The notes beneath the pieces were generated by a model that worked only from the letters and a program-made list of their open reading frames with translations, searched no databases and was not told the origin of the DNA. A program made the position numbers and the translations under genes. From NCBI GenBank assembly GCA_907165135.1, contig OU015569.1, positions 6,572,001-6,636,000 on the forward strand: a stretch of 64,000 bases of DNA, in the 5' to 3' direction. Source of the stretch: Oikopleura dioica. Its lineage: Eukaryota; Animalia; Chordata. Below are positions 23,771 through 38,100 of the stretch, piece by piece. The first letter of the stretch is position 1. Each line of letters begins with the position of its first letter.

Positions 23771-24464
23771 TTACTTCATCTCAACAGTGGCGCCTTCCGC
23801 CTTGAACACTTCCATAATTTTTTCGGCTTCTTCCTTGGCCACGTCTTGTCTCAGAACCTTTGGCAGATCTTCGACAAACTTCTTCGCAGAGACCAGATTC
23901 ATGTCAGGCATATTAGCTTTAATAGCTTTGATAACTGAAGCCAAAGATTAAAGACGCGTCCTTCAAATCATCCTAAGAATACCTTTAATCTTATTCTTGG
24001 CATCGAAGCCCGTCATTGTGACTGTGAACTCGGTTTGAATCTTCTTAGCTTCTTCCTTTGACTCTTCGGCGGCTTCTTCCTGAGGAGCAGCGGCGGCAAC
24101 TGGGGCCGCGGCCGCTGCTGGGGCAGCATAAGACACTTCGGAGATGTTGAGGCGCTCTTTAAGTGCTGTGTTGAGATCTGCGACTTCCTTTGAAAAGATG
24201 GTGATTAGCGAACTACTACTCTCAGAAAAAATGAGTTACTTGGAGAGTCAGGCCGGCAATAGCATCAACGAGCCCAATTACTTTTTCTGATGGTTGTCTT
24301 TCCTCGTCGTCGACTTTTGGGACAGCTAGAATCACAGTCAGATTTACTCAAATTCCCCAAATGTTCATTTATCTCGGCTAAACAGTACCTGCGAATCTAG
24401 CAGCACTGTATCCGAAAGATCGTCTGACAACGCTGGTCTGCATTCGAACAATGTGCGAAAACAT
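23771..24464 (-). CDS. MRPL12: Mitochondrial ribosomal protein L12
   Basis: Presequence-like MFSHIVRMQTSVVRRSF; LVDAIAGLTLQEVADLNTALKERLNI; Ala-rich hinge; KIKLIKAIK..MNLVSAKKFVEDLPKVLRQDVAKEEAEKI..AEGATVE. Confidence 0.93.
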
Positions 24465-25684
24465 AATATTATATTTCTATTATTTTCTAAATAAGTTTCA
24501 TTTATTGGCGTGTTCCTCGACTTAGTCAAATTCCTCTATTGTAAATAAATATTAGGCACATTGTGATAGAACAGATTGTCAGCGTGGGATGGTCATTATG
24601 AACGAAAAACTAGTTGCATTGAGAAAAAATTGATTTGATTCTTGTATTTATCATAATATGTATTGTTGTCATAGTGCTTCTTTTTCACGTCGCAGCTTTT
24701 TTCATTGGAAAAAGTGAAATAAATAAAAAAAAACAAGACATTATCATTAAAGAACGTAGGATAAGTTGAAGAGACGCTTTTCAAACAGATAATTTTAAAG
24801 TCGAAGTAGTAGGCTAGGAACTTAAAAAGGGTATGTAAATATTGCACGTTGGTAGGGAAGCACATTTTTGTTGAATGTTAAAATTGACGGTCTTTAGACA
24901 GATCGTCATTGTTTCTGTTTTGTTCCAAGTGAAATGAAATCGAGAGGTTTTAAGATCGAACTTGATTTCAGCAGCTTTGCTTTACTATCGCATCGGTAAA
25001 AATAGCATCAAAAAACGCAGGAAGTGAATGAAAAAGGGATCTATCCTAAATAGATATATCATATATGTTGGTAGCCCGTGGCGAATGCCGCGGCAAACAA
25101 AAATAGATCTGATCGGAAATAAACATAAGAAACAAGCTAATTAAGATGATTCTGGTAGTTTCATAGCACCAGCTCACAAGAGAAGAGTTTAGTTCTGTTG
25201 AGATGGACATACATAGTTCTTCTTGATGCTTGGACAACCCTATTTAGTTGTCCAAAGTGTCGAGGGATGATTCGGTATTTAGTACGAGTACGAAATTGCG
25301 ATAATAAACGCTAAAGATATCCAAGGCCAAGTTAGAAATCGGGGCTGTTGGAAATTATTGCTCACTTTACGCGAAGAATGGTAAAATGACAGTAGTGAAG
25401 TAATAGGGCCAGTAAGGGAACGTAAAATGACTTTCTGAATTGAGTCAGCTATGGAAAATTGAGCACTGCCCTTCAAGGGGTGTCTGTGAAAGGGATGAAT
25501 TGCAATAACGGCGGAATCGGACTAAAACATCAGGCGAATGTTAGAATGAATGAGGAGAAAGAATAACACCTAAGAATTTGGTCGAAGTAGATCGAAGGTT
25601 TTTTCTTAAGTTTTTATATGGATACCACAACGGGATGATTAACCACCAAAGAAACTACACTGTGATACTGAGCAGAAAGGAGCT

Positions 25685-28600
25685 TTAGTGCTTTGGTCGC
25701 CAGTTGACGTTAGGCGCTGCGCCGGCGTTGTTGCCCAAGGTAGGGAAGTCAGAAGAGGAGCCAGAGTCCCATGGAGCGTTGGCAACCTTGAAGCCAGCCT
25801 AAAAATAAACTTGCAAAAAGTTCAATTTTCTAGCGATACTCACATTGCCACCCTTCTTCTTTGAGCTCTTGACCTCGAATGGGTCCACTCGTTGAGGACG
25901 AAGGCGAGATTCCTCAGATCTTTCGGCGATTTCTTGCAGGATCTCTTCTTCGAGGTTGAGCAAGTGGTCAATGCATTCTTCGACCTTATCGGCCGCGCCG
26001 ATGACAGTTACCTTGTCGGGTTGAGCCTGGGATCGTCCGAACTACATATTCCAATAATTATCGTTTCAAAAACAAGGGCTTTTTACCTTTATTTCGACAT
26101 CAAAGTCGCCCATGATTTTTCGAACTCCGGAACCACGAGCACCGATGATTCGCTAGAAATGTGGTTTTACTTCTTTGCTTGATATTTTTAAACTACCTTG
26201 TGGCAGGACTGGCTAATGAGAACATCCTGTTGCACGTGACTTTCGAGACCCTTGACAATGTCCATAATGGCGTCTTTCATCTTTGCTACCTCCGCTTCGT
26301 AACCGGTAATTCTGATCTCGTCCTAAAGTAAAAGCATTAGATCCATTTTTCGATAGAAAATGCACAATGCAACGAGACTTACAGCAGCAAGATCCTTGTT
26401 CTTATCACTGGGCATAGTAATTCTAGCGTTGATCTCAGCTTGCAGCTTGTTAATAACAGCGCCCTAGAGAAGATTAAAATGGACTTTACCAAAATAAATG
26501 CAACCTTTTGTCCGATGATCTTTGGATGGAACATTTGGTGGACATCGATGGTCTCGGAGTAGCTTCGGAGAGCTCGATCTTCAGCATCTGCTTCCCATCC
26601 CTTCTTCTTCTCATTGAGAAGCTCTACAACCGAATCGATGACCTCTTGCTTTCCAACGAGGGTGATGGAGTCTATAACAATTGGCTGTAAATATTAAAAG
26701 CATTTGAAAATATCAAACCTTTCAGTTCTTCACCATCAGCTCTCTTTGGAACTGTTATTCTAATAGATGGGAATTCTGACTGTATCGCCTTCAATCCAGA
26801 GCCTCCTTGTCCGATCAAATCTCGGTGGTAGTCAGCAGCAAGCTCATACTCGAAGGTCACTGGAATAAGAGCGATGATAGCGGCCTTGGCGGCCTCTACC
26901 TTCTCTTCTCGACCAGAAACAGTGATCGTGTTGCAATCATCGGGCTCGTCACGTCCTGGGAACTTGATGTTGACGTTAAAGTCGCTTTGAATCTATAAAA
27001 TTGTTTTTAAACGAAAAAAGAAGAGCACAACCTCTTGGACTTGCTTGCCACCCTGTCCGATGATTGTTCGATGGAAAGCCTTGTCAACGTCAAATTGAAT
27101 GGTAACTTGCGCTTCGAAGTCTTCAACAGCCTCGGTAATCTGGGCGATTGCTGCTTTGACACAGTTACCGGGTCCTTTGACCGAAACAACGGTGTCGACT
27201 TCTTCGGATTCCTAAATACTCATGAAACTCTTTCTGGAATTTTCTCTGTTACCTCTCGCTTTCGAGGAAAGGAGATCTGTACACCGCCGCAGTCCTCGGA
27301 AATTTTATTAATGAGTTCCGCTCGTCGAGCGGTGAAATTCTTGTGGTACTTCTCGGGGACATCAACAGTGTGCTCCTCGATACTTTCGAGCTCCTTGATT
27401 CGCTTCTCAAGGATTTCCTTTGCTTTGGCAACGCCTTCCTTCGTTCCAAGAATTGTGATTTGATCTTGTTTTTCCTCATTAGCGCCTGGAACAGCGATTC
27501 GGCATCCAGTAGTATCACTTGAATAATGTTTTAAAAGCGACTAACAAAATTATGTTTACCGGATGTCCTTGATGTTGGAACCATTCTTGCCGATGAGGAA
27601 GCGATGAAGAGAGGGATCAGCGTTAACCTTTGCAGTGAAAGATTGGAGTCGAACCTGGCCGGCTTCTTCCTCCAACGCCTTCTTAGCAGCCTTCACGGCT
27701 TCAGGCTTGCCTCGGATGGTGACCTGGTCGGATCCATCTGAGGGGAAGTGGATGACGCAGTCATCACCTTGAAGTTTTTAACTCCCTTTCCACCAGCACC
27801 GATGAGTGCCTGATGAAGTTTCGTTTCGATCTTGACGGTGATCTCTTCGATTTCGCCGAGCTCCTTCTCGATCTTTCTGATTTCTCGCTGAGCCTTTTCG
27901 CAATCCGCTTTTCGGCCAATGATAGTAATTATTTCGGAGTCAGTATCTTCTTTGGGTAGTTCGATTTGGCAGTTGGTGGCTTCTCGGATTCGGGTAATGT
28001 TCGAGCCATTTTTACCGATAATGTTACGATGGAATCGCTTAAGGATGGGGACTTCGAGGCGGAAACCACGCTCCTCAATATCCCTCGCCATTTTGCTCAA
28101 AACTTCCTTGGCTTTCGCCAATTCTTTGGATGGACCGCGAATGGCGATCTCGTCGGACTTGGAGTTTTCGTCAGGGATAGAGATGTTGACGTTAGGGAAC
28201 TGGTCTCGGAGCTTCTTGATGTTCTCCCCACCCTGGCCGATGATTTGTCGATGGAATCGGCGCTTCAAGATGATCTTGTCAGCAGCTTCGTCGGCAATCT
28301 TGTTAGCCAACTGAGTAAGAGCAGCTTTAGCAGCCTTGACTCCAGCGGGGGGCCCTTCGATCCAGATGTTGGTATTTTTATCTGAGTCTTGGGGGATTTT
28401 GATGATGACTTTATGTTCCTCTTTGAGCTTAGAAATGTTGGAACCGCCCTTTCCAATGAGATGGGGATGGAACTTGGGGTTCACAACGATCTCTTCGTGA
28501 GAAGTTGTAGACTTGATTTCCTTGATTCGTCGGAGAAGCTCATTCTTTACAGCCTCTAGCTCGGAAGGAGAACCCTCAAGAGCGATACCGCATTTGCCGT

Positions 28601-29843
28601 CTTCGTTTTTGAAGTCAACTTGAACTTTTTCGAATCCAAAGTTGTCGGTAATTTCCTTGATTGCGGCACCTTTGTTACCGATGAGGAGACGGTGCATCCA
28701 CTCGGGAGCGTCGACGAAGGCGTCCTGCTTGGAGCTAGCAAGTCCATACACGGCAGTGATCGCATTTCCGAGAGCCTGGGGCTCACCACGAAGAACGATC
28801 TCTTCCGAGCTCGAATCTTGGGGAGGAACTTCGACAATGACCCCATGCTCTTCGAGAATGTCTTGGATACTCTTCCCACGTTGTCCGATAACGAATCGAT
28901 GTTGCTTCTTTTCCACTTTGATGGTGAGGGTGGTGCACCTGGAGGACTTGAGTTGAACCATAGCTTTGAGCTCGGCAACAGCAGCTACCGCGCCCTTCTG
29001 AGGACCACGGACAACGATCTCGGTCTTACCCGCGCTTGGAGGAGGAACGTCGATCGCCAAAATTCCGTGGCGAGTTTTCAGGGAGTTCAGGTTGGAATCG
29101 TTACCGCCGCGGATGAATGGTTGGTACTCAATAGGACATTCAAACGTTGCACGGTATCGAGCCATTTGTTCGGCCGAAATTCGTTCAATCTTTGCCTTGG
29201 CAGCCTTCATAGCGTCCTTGGCACCGGTAATCCTGACGGGTGCACCCTCGGCCTCGTCAGCCTTGGGCACAGTGATCTTGGTTCCAGTTTCAGCTTCCAG
29301 TTTTTTCAGAGTCTCAGCGCCCTTGCCCAAGATGAATCGGTGGTGTTCCTTGGGGATAAGCACATCGATGGAGCCCTGTTGGGTCATATTAGCGAGAACC
29401 ATCTTCTTGGCGTCCTTGACTGGTTGCGGTTTTCCGGAAATCAAGACGGTGATGGATCCATCTCGTTGCTGCGAATACTCGATCTCGGTCTTGGTAGCTT
29501 TCATAATCTTAAGCACTTCGGCTCGACCTTGGTCAGCAGAGGTACCCTTTCCAAATCCTTCGTTCAATCCGGGACGGAAACGTCGTTCTTCAAGCGGAAT
29601 GTCGAATCGTACGGAGGTGATTGAGCTTTTAATCGGTTTCACATTAGCACGGTTGATCCAAGCACCACCCGGAGCTGGAGCAGATCCACCGCCGAGTTGC
29701 GGGAAGGCGTCCTCATAAGTTGGAATAACCTAAAAACGAAAATCCAATAAAATTCTTAGAACGAGTCAGCTTACCTTGGGAGCCTCCTGCTGGGCGACGG
29801 GCTGCTCAACAGCATCAGATTGGTTTTGAATTTCGTTACTCAT
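25685..29843 (-). CDS. HDLBP: Vigilin (multi-KH RNA-binding protein); apparent 1-nt frameshift at 27775-27779
   Basis: PTYEDAFPQL, VRFDIPLEER, many KH repeats with HRFILGKG/HRQIIGQG/HRNIIGKN, and a C-terminal DFPTLG motif. Confidence 0.95.
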
Positions 29844-30109
29844 TGTCAGTTTCAAGCAAGGTTCAGTTCCAGAGTCCAACCGTGAAGGGATCGCGGATGC
29901 GAATCACTTTTGTTATCTAAAAAGAAGACGCTTCAGAAAACATCAGCCACATTTCCACAGTGGCAATTGGTATTTATAGTTTAACGGCAGTTTACAAGAA
30001 GCAGTGTTAGTCTGAGAGCAAAGCAGCAAAGGAAAGTCATTTACAGCAGTTTTCAATCTACGCAGAGCTTCAACGGTAGAAGGAACATTGTCAAGGACGT
30101 GGTGTAAAG

Positions 30110-31851
30110 TCACGACTGGCCCGGTGTGCCTGGACGGTTCTGCTGCATCTGACCTTGCGGCATCTAAGATTCGGGTTAAGTTCAGTACCCTCTAGGGAGT
30201 AGGCGAGTTTAAGTATGAATCTCACGATCAATCAAATCCCAAAGAAAAGCGAAAATTGCGTGTTCCCCCGAATATACGTGAATATAAAATATAATATGTG
30301 ACATATTGTATTACTTATAAAATCATATAATTGAGAATAGTGAGACTTGGGTAGTACCTGTTGCTGTTGCTGCTGCTGATTTGGCTGTGGGCGTCTTATT
30401 GGGAAGTTACTACCAACCTTATGAAGGTCACGATGGGACTCTTGAAGAATTTTCGTTGTCTCTTTCGCACACTCAATCTGCTCTTTGACGATCTCAACGA
30501 ATTTGTTGTACTCTTTGAAATCCATGGCGGCGTTTGCTGAAAAATTATGAAGAGCCCTTCTTGATTTTTTATTGTTATTATTATAGCACATCAAATCAGA
30601 GATCGCTGGGAGTGAAAAAAAAAGATACGAATCCGTTACGCTTTTTTTGAGAAAAGTCGCTTCGCGAACAAAGAAGGCCGGCTGACAGGCAACGTATGAG
30701 TGCATCAAGATCCCTATCAGCTCTCCCAAAAGCGGCACAAAGAGGAGGAATTATGATCCGATTAGCATCCCGCCGGGAGATGGTGCGTAAAAGGACTTCG
30801 ACTAAGACGAAGTGGTCATAAAGCACGAAGTGATTCTCATTTCAAAAAAAGGAAAATGAAGAATAAATGTAACAATTGTGAAAAAGTATTCATAGAGAGC
30901 AGAGAGCTTGCTATGCATCTGCTTGTATGTGCCCCAATAGTGCCGACCTGCAAGACCTGTGGGAAGGAGTTCCTCACACACAAGCTGCTGCGTGCTCACA
31001 ATACAGAGCACTACAACTCGACAGGGCTCGACGAAGTTTGCTTCCAGCTTCAAAAGAGACCGATATCGAAGGGACAAAAATTCTGTTGTTACAAATGCGA
31101 TCGGCGCTTTTGGACTGAGCGTGCCATGCGACTTCACAATTGCATCAGATAGAGATCAACTTACTACTTGGTGGCTGTCGCTGCGGAATGAGGAAGTTCA
31201 CGTGGCTAGGAGCGATAGTTTGAATGACTTGCAGCGTGTTGAGGCATTGCTGCAGAGCGAGACGAATGTTGGACTCCATCAAGTCGGTGTTGTGATAGAA
31301 TTCCTCGAATGCTTCTTCCAGATCTTTTCTCAGATCTGTACCACAACCCTTAATAAATATCTTAAACAAAATTATGGCTCTATTTCTTACTCTCTGCTTT
31401 TGTTCAGTTTCCATCGATTGAATATTGTCAGCCGTTGCATTCGAGAGAAATGCTTTGGATGCCACTTCCATCAGCTTCGTCAGCGAGTTCTTGAAGCCGT
31501 CCTCTTTCGCTAGATGCTTGATAGATCTGATCGCGTCCTCTGGTTCATTCTGGTGGGATTGCGTTGCCTGTGCCTGTCCTTGATGGTTGTGCACTTGTTG
31601 AACTTGAGCTTGATGCTGGGGCATTCCCGGATTTCCTTGCTGACCTTGTCCCATATGCGGATTTTGCATCATCTGTTGTTGATTAGAGCCCATCATCGGT
31701 TGCCCTCCTGGCACTGTATCCTGTTTTTTAATTGAGAATCAAGCAAATATAACTTACTCTGCGAGTGGTTCCCCATCATTTGAGGAGCCATGTTGTTTGG
31801 CTGTCCACCGTAACCTTGATTCATCTGCCCCGGGTTCATGTTCGGATTCAT
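30110..31851 (-). CDS. MED29: Mediator subunit 29
   Basis: Q/M-rich N-terminus; FKNSLTKLMEVAS; AFEEFYHNTDLMESNIRLA; after a 628-nt intron (30537-31164) FVEIVKEQIECAKET; last exon MPQGQMQQNRPGTPGQS*. Confidence 0.85.
30856..31152 (+). CDS. Small zinc-finger protein nested antisense in a MED29 intron
   Basis: C-x2-C-x12-H-x3-C, C-x2-C-x12-H-x3-H and C-x2-C-x12-H-x-C, each with the conserved Phe; may have an upstream exon. Confidence 0.75.
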   Translation: MKNKCNNCEKVFIESRELAMHLLVCAPIVPTCKTCGKEFLTHKLLRAHNTEHYNSTGLDEVCFQLQKRPISKGQKFCCYKCDRRFWTERAMRLHNCIR

Positions 31852-32160
31852 GCTCTTCAATCTGAAACAGAGAGTCTACAGTTTCTGTGTGATGAGCTTA
31901 AGTTTATGATAAATATCATAAGGGATGTTGATAAAGTATAAAGGGGCATATATACAGGGAAATAAATAAGGGGGTTGATATAACTTAGGACCGAGGATAG
32001 AGTCCGTTTAAAAATAATAATTGAACATTTCCAAGCTCTTAAATAAGTGAGTAGGTTCAAGCAGCGAGCTAGGAAATCGACAAAAATTGGGACTAGATAG
32101 GGAGAACTTGTGGGCATTTGGTTTAGTATCTGTTTTATTGCACTAGCTGTGCATATGCAC

Positions 32161-35100
32161 TTATTCGTCGTCATCGAGCAGTCCCTTTAGTAAGGCATTT
32201 TGGTGTCGTGAACTGGGATTCATCAGTGGGGACATAATAGAAGGGCTTGTGAACGCATTTCGCCCCTCGATTCCTAAAAATTCAAATAAGTAACGAATAA
32301 GTAAGCTTTTATGATACCCTTATGAAAAGTACATTCGGCTTTTACTTACCTCTATCACGATTATCAGAAGAATTCGTACGACCAATGTCCCCAACCATTG
32401 AATTAGCGGGCAGTGGAGGTAATTTCTGGCTGGGGGTTTCATTGTCTTCGACAGGGTTAGAGTTGGACTCTAGGTATTCGACCAAGAGCTCAGAAAAGCT
32501 TTTATTTGGGTCAAGAGCTGCTGGAACTGCCCTAGGGGCCCTAAACGTAATTGATTAACACTCTGAAAGCTGCCTTACTGACGATGTGTGCATGACGCGT
32601 GTCAACTAGTGTACGCAAACAAGAGCAGCTTACCTTAACCAGCTGGTCCATGAAGAACCACTGCTCAATTGTCGGGCTTCCTCGATCTCGTCGTTCGAGA
32701 TGCCGAAAACCGCATGAAGGACAGTGTGACAATCTCCTTCCTTTCCAGAAGGCATTCCAACGTACTTCAGGAACAGGTTCTTCGCTAATTCTTTATCGAC
32801 TGTTTTCGTCGCAGCTTCCCGAGCTTCCGCCAGTCGTTTTCGAGCCTTCTCTAATTCGATCGCTTTCTCGTCAATTACTGCGCGCAGACGATCGAATTTT
32901 TCTTCCCTAAGAGCACGCTCGATAAATTGTAAAGTACGACTAGAGCACTCACGATTCAAGAAGCTGAAGTTCCAGGTGCTTGGTCTCCTCTTTCTTCGCT
33001 TCCGCAGCCATCAAACGCCCCTTGAGCTGATTGATTTCCTTAAAGGCGCTTCGTAAAAATAGCAAATACGCTGTTAGACGGCAACTTTGTTACATAAAAT
33101 TTTACTTAGATTAATGGCTGGATGGGAATACCTGTCGGAGACCGTTTGCTTCTGTTTGAGCTCGTTGGAGTTCGATCCCATGTCGCCGCTCCTTGTTTTT
33201 TGCTTCCAGTTCTAGGTTATTTATAAAAATCGAGCATGCTTTACTTTTTCAAACAATAGATAAAGGAACTATCAATGACGGCGACGACTATAAAAATGGA
33301 TCAATTCAATGTTTACCTTTTTGTTCGCGGAAATTATCGATGAACTGGCGGAGTTCAGAGATGCTTTTCTCGCTTTGGATATCTTTTTTCTTCGCGGCTT
33401 CGAGCTCGGCAAGGAGCTGTTTCTCCTTTATTTCCTGGCCTCTGGCGTTCTCTACGAGGTAGTGAGCAAAGCTCGTATAATTTGAGACACCAACTACGCT
33501 CAAATATTTTGAACGGGAAAGCTACTATTTACATCTTCGATCTTTTTATTTGCTCAAACGCTGGTGCGAGTAAGTGATTCTCGCCCTCGCCCGAGATACT
33601 CGTTTCATCCTACAAAGTCTTCATTCAAAAATATTAATCGCCAAACTTCCTCGCATTATTACAAAACAATCAAAAATTTTACGACTCGCGCTTTCTGAGC
33701 AGGAATAAAAGAGAAAGATTTGTAGGTAATTTTAGCAATGCACCAGCACTTATTAGAGTACTAAGTATTGAAGTAATCGTACTTGCTTCTTACTGAGACA
33801 AAAAAAAATTGAAACAAGATTATTCGAGAGTAAATTCCTCCAATACGGAGTCATTAACGCATTGCCGCGCAACACTATTTGTAGATTGCTCACTATTTTC
33901 CTTGTGCTTTTTCTTCGAGGTCTTTTCTTGCACCAGTAACGTCGTGGAGACCAGATCGCAGGGAGTCAACTTGCTCTTGTAGTTTTTGCTCATTAGATTG
34001 AATCAGCTGTAGTTCTTCTGAGTGATCCAAATCCACTTGGACTAGTCGCTCGCGTAGGCGATCGACCTCAGAAATGTCTTTTTGCATTGCTTGGTAAGGA
34101 GATCATCACTTATTTCTGCCGAAGCTTAGATAGTACTGGTAAATTATTATTTCATAGAAAAAAACGTTGTTTTTTAATCATGGAAATCATTGAGGATACT
34201 ATTTTTCATACTGCCTGTACAAGATGGTTCCCTTTCCTTGAAGCTGTTGATCTTTCTCAATCAAGGAAGACTTCAACTCATCGATGCTTTCCTTCATTTC
34301 GATCATTTTCTCATCTCTGGAGGTGATCTCAGCTGCCATCTTCTTGTTAACCATTTCCAGATTGTCCCATTTGTCGCGTCTGTCCATTAGTTGATCCCTC
34401 AAAGCGTCGTTATCTCTCTTGAGTGCGACGTTAGTTGCCTCGAGTCCTGAACATCGCTCCCGAAGATTTTTAACCGAGTTAGCTAGCATGTCTCGGTCCC
34501 CGTTGATCTCAAGAGAAGATTCGGATGTGCCAGCTCGCTGGGTTGTGTCAGCCTGAGGATGAGCACGAATCTTTGCGATGATGATTCGCAATTTTGCAAG
34601 TTCGAGCTCGGTTTCCTCAGCCTGTTGCTGCAGCTGATCATTTGCCGTCACCAGCGCCTGCAGCTCACCGCGCTCAGATTCACAAGCGCTGCGATATTGG
34701 TCGAATGAAGAACGAATCTGCGAAGAAGAGGACTCAATCTTTCGATAAGCATCCTCAAGTTGGTTATAGCTTTGTTTCTGGGCGATGAGCTGCTGATTTA
34801 GAGAGTCGATTTCTTCTATCTTCGCATTAATAAGGTTGTTAGCATCGTCGGAGCGGAGGATTTCAGTCAATGACTGATTTTTCGAATTTAATGCTTCAAT
34901 CTCGTCATCTTTAGCCCGAACAAGATGGCTTAATTTGTTCATCGCCTCTTGAGTCATTTCTTGGCGATCTGAGATTCGCTTCGCCTCATCGATCTTTGTA
35001 GCAAATTCATCAAGTTGCTTAGATTTGACATGGAGGAGTTGACCTGTTTCTTGTAGCCTGTTGGAGAGTTCTTGGGATTCTTTCTTCGATTCTTTGATAA

Positions 35101-38100
35101 CATGTCGAAGATGTTCTTTTTCAGCTTCAAGATGAGCAATTTGCTCCTGAAGCCTGTTTTCAGGATCAGAAAGTTTCTCTTGCTCCTTTTCGTGCATCGC
35201 GCGCAGCTGTTTGTCCATCCTTTTGAGGGCTTTAACTGCGGCTTCATACTGATGCTCACGCTCCGCAAGAGCAATTTTAAGATCATCGTTAATTATCTCT
35301 AGTTGTACATTGGGCTCATCCCTCTTGCCGGGCGTCGATTGCAATTTTTCCTGAAGTGTACGAAGCTCTTCTTGGAGTGATTCAATCTCCTTCTTTTTCT
35401 CCGCCAGTTCTTTCAGGTCTTTTTCTCGTAATCTACCTGCAATATTGGTAACACCGTCGAACTTCTTCTGAAGCTTGTTATTTCTTTCTTCAAGCTCTCT
35501 AAGTTGCTCCAGAAGCGAGCCGGCGTCTTGGGCCGCTGCTTCCGCATCTTCAAGCTGCTCGAGAGTGCTTGACAGTTGCTCACGAAGCTCGCCGATCTAA
35601 ATCGCCGGTAAATTGCCTATTCTTATTTCGGGAGAATATTTTCTTACCTCAGCATCTAACTGCTCTGTGGCTTTTCTCTCACTGGAAAGATCATCTTCGA
35701 GCTCTTTGACTTTCGAGATCAGGGAAGATTCCTGCTCTTTGACGGAACATAAATCAGATTTGAGAGTCTCTATTTCATTTTGACTAGCAGATGCTCGTTC
35801 TTTCACCAATTCCTCTTCTAATGATTGGATTTTCGCAAACATGATAGACTCTGCTTCTCGAAGAACTTCCAGCTCATTCTGCATTTCTCCGCTTGAATCA
35901 TGCGATTCTTTTTCGGAACAGTATTTTTCCAAAGCCGACCATTTTTTCAAGCGCTCTCTAGACAATTCCTCCTCCAAAGTGTTCACCTTCGAAAAGAGAA
36001 GAGAATAAGCTTCCTCGATCTGGGCTTTTTGATCTTCTGTTGCCTTGACAGCCGTAGACATGTTTTCAAGTTGCTCTTTCAGCTCATTTGTGAGTTCTGT
36101 TTCTCCAGAGAGCTTTCTGATTTTTTTGTCTTCAGCTTGGTCCCTCTTCAGTCTTTGATTCGCCTTCTTCTCTCGGGCAAGTTCTTTTTGAGCTGCTTCT
36201 AACTTATTGCTAGCTTCCGTCTTCGCCTGCTTGAGAGCACGACATTCATCTTGCAGCTCATATAGCTGTCCTTCCTGCATCTTCAAAAGAACTTGCGAGT
36301 TTTCCAGGTCATTCGATTTTCGTTTGAACATTTGCTCCAAATCCGAAATTGACTTAGTGGCAACTTCTTTCTCCTCCGCCATTTTCTCTATCAGATCTTC
36401 TGTGTCTCTGCGTTCCTGGCATTCTTTGGAGAGAACTTCCATCTCCTTCTCCAACTTTTTGACATACGAGTCTCTTCTCTTCAATTCTTCTTTATGACTG
36501 TTTCGAAGGAGCTCGATTTGCTCGCCCTGGTCCGCCTCAGAAGAGGAATCAGCTATCGCAGCATTCAGATCGGTGATATTCGACATCAATTTTGCAATTT
36601 CATTTTCTAGCCTCTGGATTTCATGATTCTTTTCCGTTGCATACTGATTTTGCTGATCTATCAGGCGCTGCATCTTTTCTTCATGATCTTTATGCATTTG
36701 CGCAGCAGCAACTTGCGTTTCATCAGAAATTCGCTCGAAATCAAGCAGTTTCTGCTCCAGATCACCTCGCTCTTTTTCAAGGCGGAGAGCAGTCTCCCGG
36801 TATCGGTCACGTTCTTCTTGCAAGTCAACAACTTGCGTCTCGTGATACTTTTTGGTATAGTGATCTACTCGTTTGTTGAGATTAGTATTCTCTTCTGAAA
36901 TTTTCTCAACAAAATCTTTGGCCGCCACGAGTTCGGTTTCGAGCCTCTGAATTTTGTGTCCCCTTGCTTCGAAGTTTTTATCAAGCAAAGCGTTCTGCTT
37001 TCGGAGCTCTTCAATAATTTGATCATTCTTTGAAGCTTTCTTCAGTTTCTTTCCGAGGTCGGACTTTTCTTTCTCGCCTTGTTCAACCAACTTCTTACTT
37101 TCCCCGAGTTTATTTTTCAGGTCTTTTTCTCTCTGGAGAGAACCATCCAGTCGGTCTTGCAGTTTTTTGGTTGAAGCCTCGAATTCTTCTTTCTGAGCTT
37201 TAAGTTTGTCTCGTTTTTCGTCGTTCTCTGCTCGAAGTTTAGCGATGCCTTCAGCGATGGAGGCTTGAGCTTCGTCGTTGTCCACTGCCATTGTTTTATA
37301 TTCAAGGATTTGAGCCTCTGCCGTTTCCAACTGCTCGCTAAAAGTTGCCACCTGACTTTTTAGTTCGCTCTCCATCGAGTCCACTTTTGCTTTCAGTTCG
37401 TTCTCGACACTTTTGTACTTTTTCGACGATTTCTTAAACTCACTCTGGAGCTCTGCAAGTTTTTTCTTTTGCTCCGAAAGCGTCTCAACGAGCTCGCTTT
37501 TGTCATCCTGGAGCTTCGTGATTTCGGATTCCATCTCATTTTGAACAGATGCATACGCCTGCGCCGATTCCATTGCCATTTTCAGTTTCGATTGAAGATT
37601 TTTTTTCTCCAACTCAATCTCCGCATTATTGGCCAAAACTACGGACATCTCTTTGTGCAGTTTTCTCTTTTCTTCTTCGAGCTGCTTTTTCGCAGTGTCA
37701 GACATGATGACCCCCGCTTCTAGAGACTGGCACTTGTCCATATAGAACTCGAGCTTCTTTTCGATGTTTCGATGGTCGTTCAATCCTTCGGCGATCGCTC
37801 GAGTGTCTTCCAACTGTTGCTTCAGTGTTTCATTCTCTGTCTGCAGGAGCTCTTTCTTGTTTTTGACGATATCAACAAACTCTTTCATTTTCTTCATTCT
37901 GGCGGCACTTTCTTCTCGCTGCGTTTCCAGCTGCGCTCTGGTCGATTGCAATTCATTTTCGTAGTTCTTAATTTCTACTTCGAGAATGCCCGTGTTTTGA
38001 ATCAACATTTCATTCTTAGCATGCTCTTCTTGCAGCATTCTTGCACCCATTTCTGAATCCATTCGCTCCGCTTCCAACGCCTCGCATTTTTCCTTGAAGT

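Noticed and set aside
27770-27785. Programmed -1 ribosomal frameshift in vigilin
   Set aside because: No X XXY YYZ heptamer in frame; a homopolymer indel is simpler.
27919-29718. Long + strand ORFs (up to 334 aa) opposite vigilin
   Set aside because: Antisense shadows of a codon-biased exon; no motifs, starts or splice context.
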